Source: Vicugna vicugna (Eukaryota). From it: 64,000 nt of DNA. Both the position numbers and the translations under genes were made by a program. Location of the stretch: the NCBI GenBank assembly GCA_013265495.1, contig MU058844.1:5000344-5064343 (forward strand), read 5' to 3'. How positions within the stretch are numbered: the stretch's first letter is position 1; the number at the start of each line of letters is the position of its first letter. The notes under the pieces are model-generated. The model did not search any database and was not told the DNA's origin. It saw only the letters and a list, made by a program, of their open reading frames with translations. Below are positions 63,731-64,000 of this stretch, one piece after another.

Positions 63731-64000
63731 ATGGATGATGCAGCCATTTGGACTTAAATAGAAGTAGATCAACTAAAATTTATTTTTAATCATAAACTAA
63801 ATACTAATTATAGAAATTATTTTTGTTTACTTGTAAAATATTTTAAACAACATATTTTATTATACCACATATATACATGTGGATATATATATATTTGTCA
63901 CATTTCTGCAAACATCATCTCTTCTTGTGTCTGTGCTATTTGTTTTTCCTCTTGGATGAATTAGCTTCATTTGACCTCAATACAAAAACGTAACTTGTTG

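Noticed and set aside
1..64000. CRISPR arrays, operons, tRNA/rRNA genes or a novel multi-gene system
   Set aside because: No spaced direct-repeat arrays, no long ORFs and no intact RNA genes; the only tRNA-like sequence is a SINE head.

Overview
AT-rich mammalian nuclear DNA, most likely camelid (a Vic-1-like tRNA-derived SINE plus L1 3'UTRs and an ERV1-type LTR that look lineage-specific). It reads as a very long intron or gene desert. A large part is interspersed repeat: L1 of several ages, L2, MIR, MaLR/ERVL/ERV1 solo LTRs, hAT MITEs and a near full-length decayed ~3.4 kb Tigger2-group transposon. No intact multi-exon gene, RNA gene, CRISPR array or prokaryote-style system is visible. The recognisable ORFs are L1 or Tigger remnants; the rest look like chance ORFs. 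Best leads: two frame-preserving + strand microexon candidates (12 nt at 3311-3322, 24 nt at 35897-35920) in repeat-free blocks; a 103-nt - strand exon candidate (46031-46133); a TSD-bounded L1 made only of a 5'UTR fused to the last ~90 nt; and several retrotransposition footprints (twin priming, two short 3' transductions, a tailless fragment with a TSD, an L1-in-L1 chimera). Repeat family names come from my recollection of consensus sequences, not from a search. Boundaries of old repeats are approximate.
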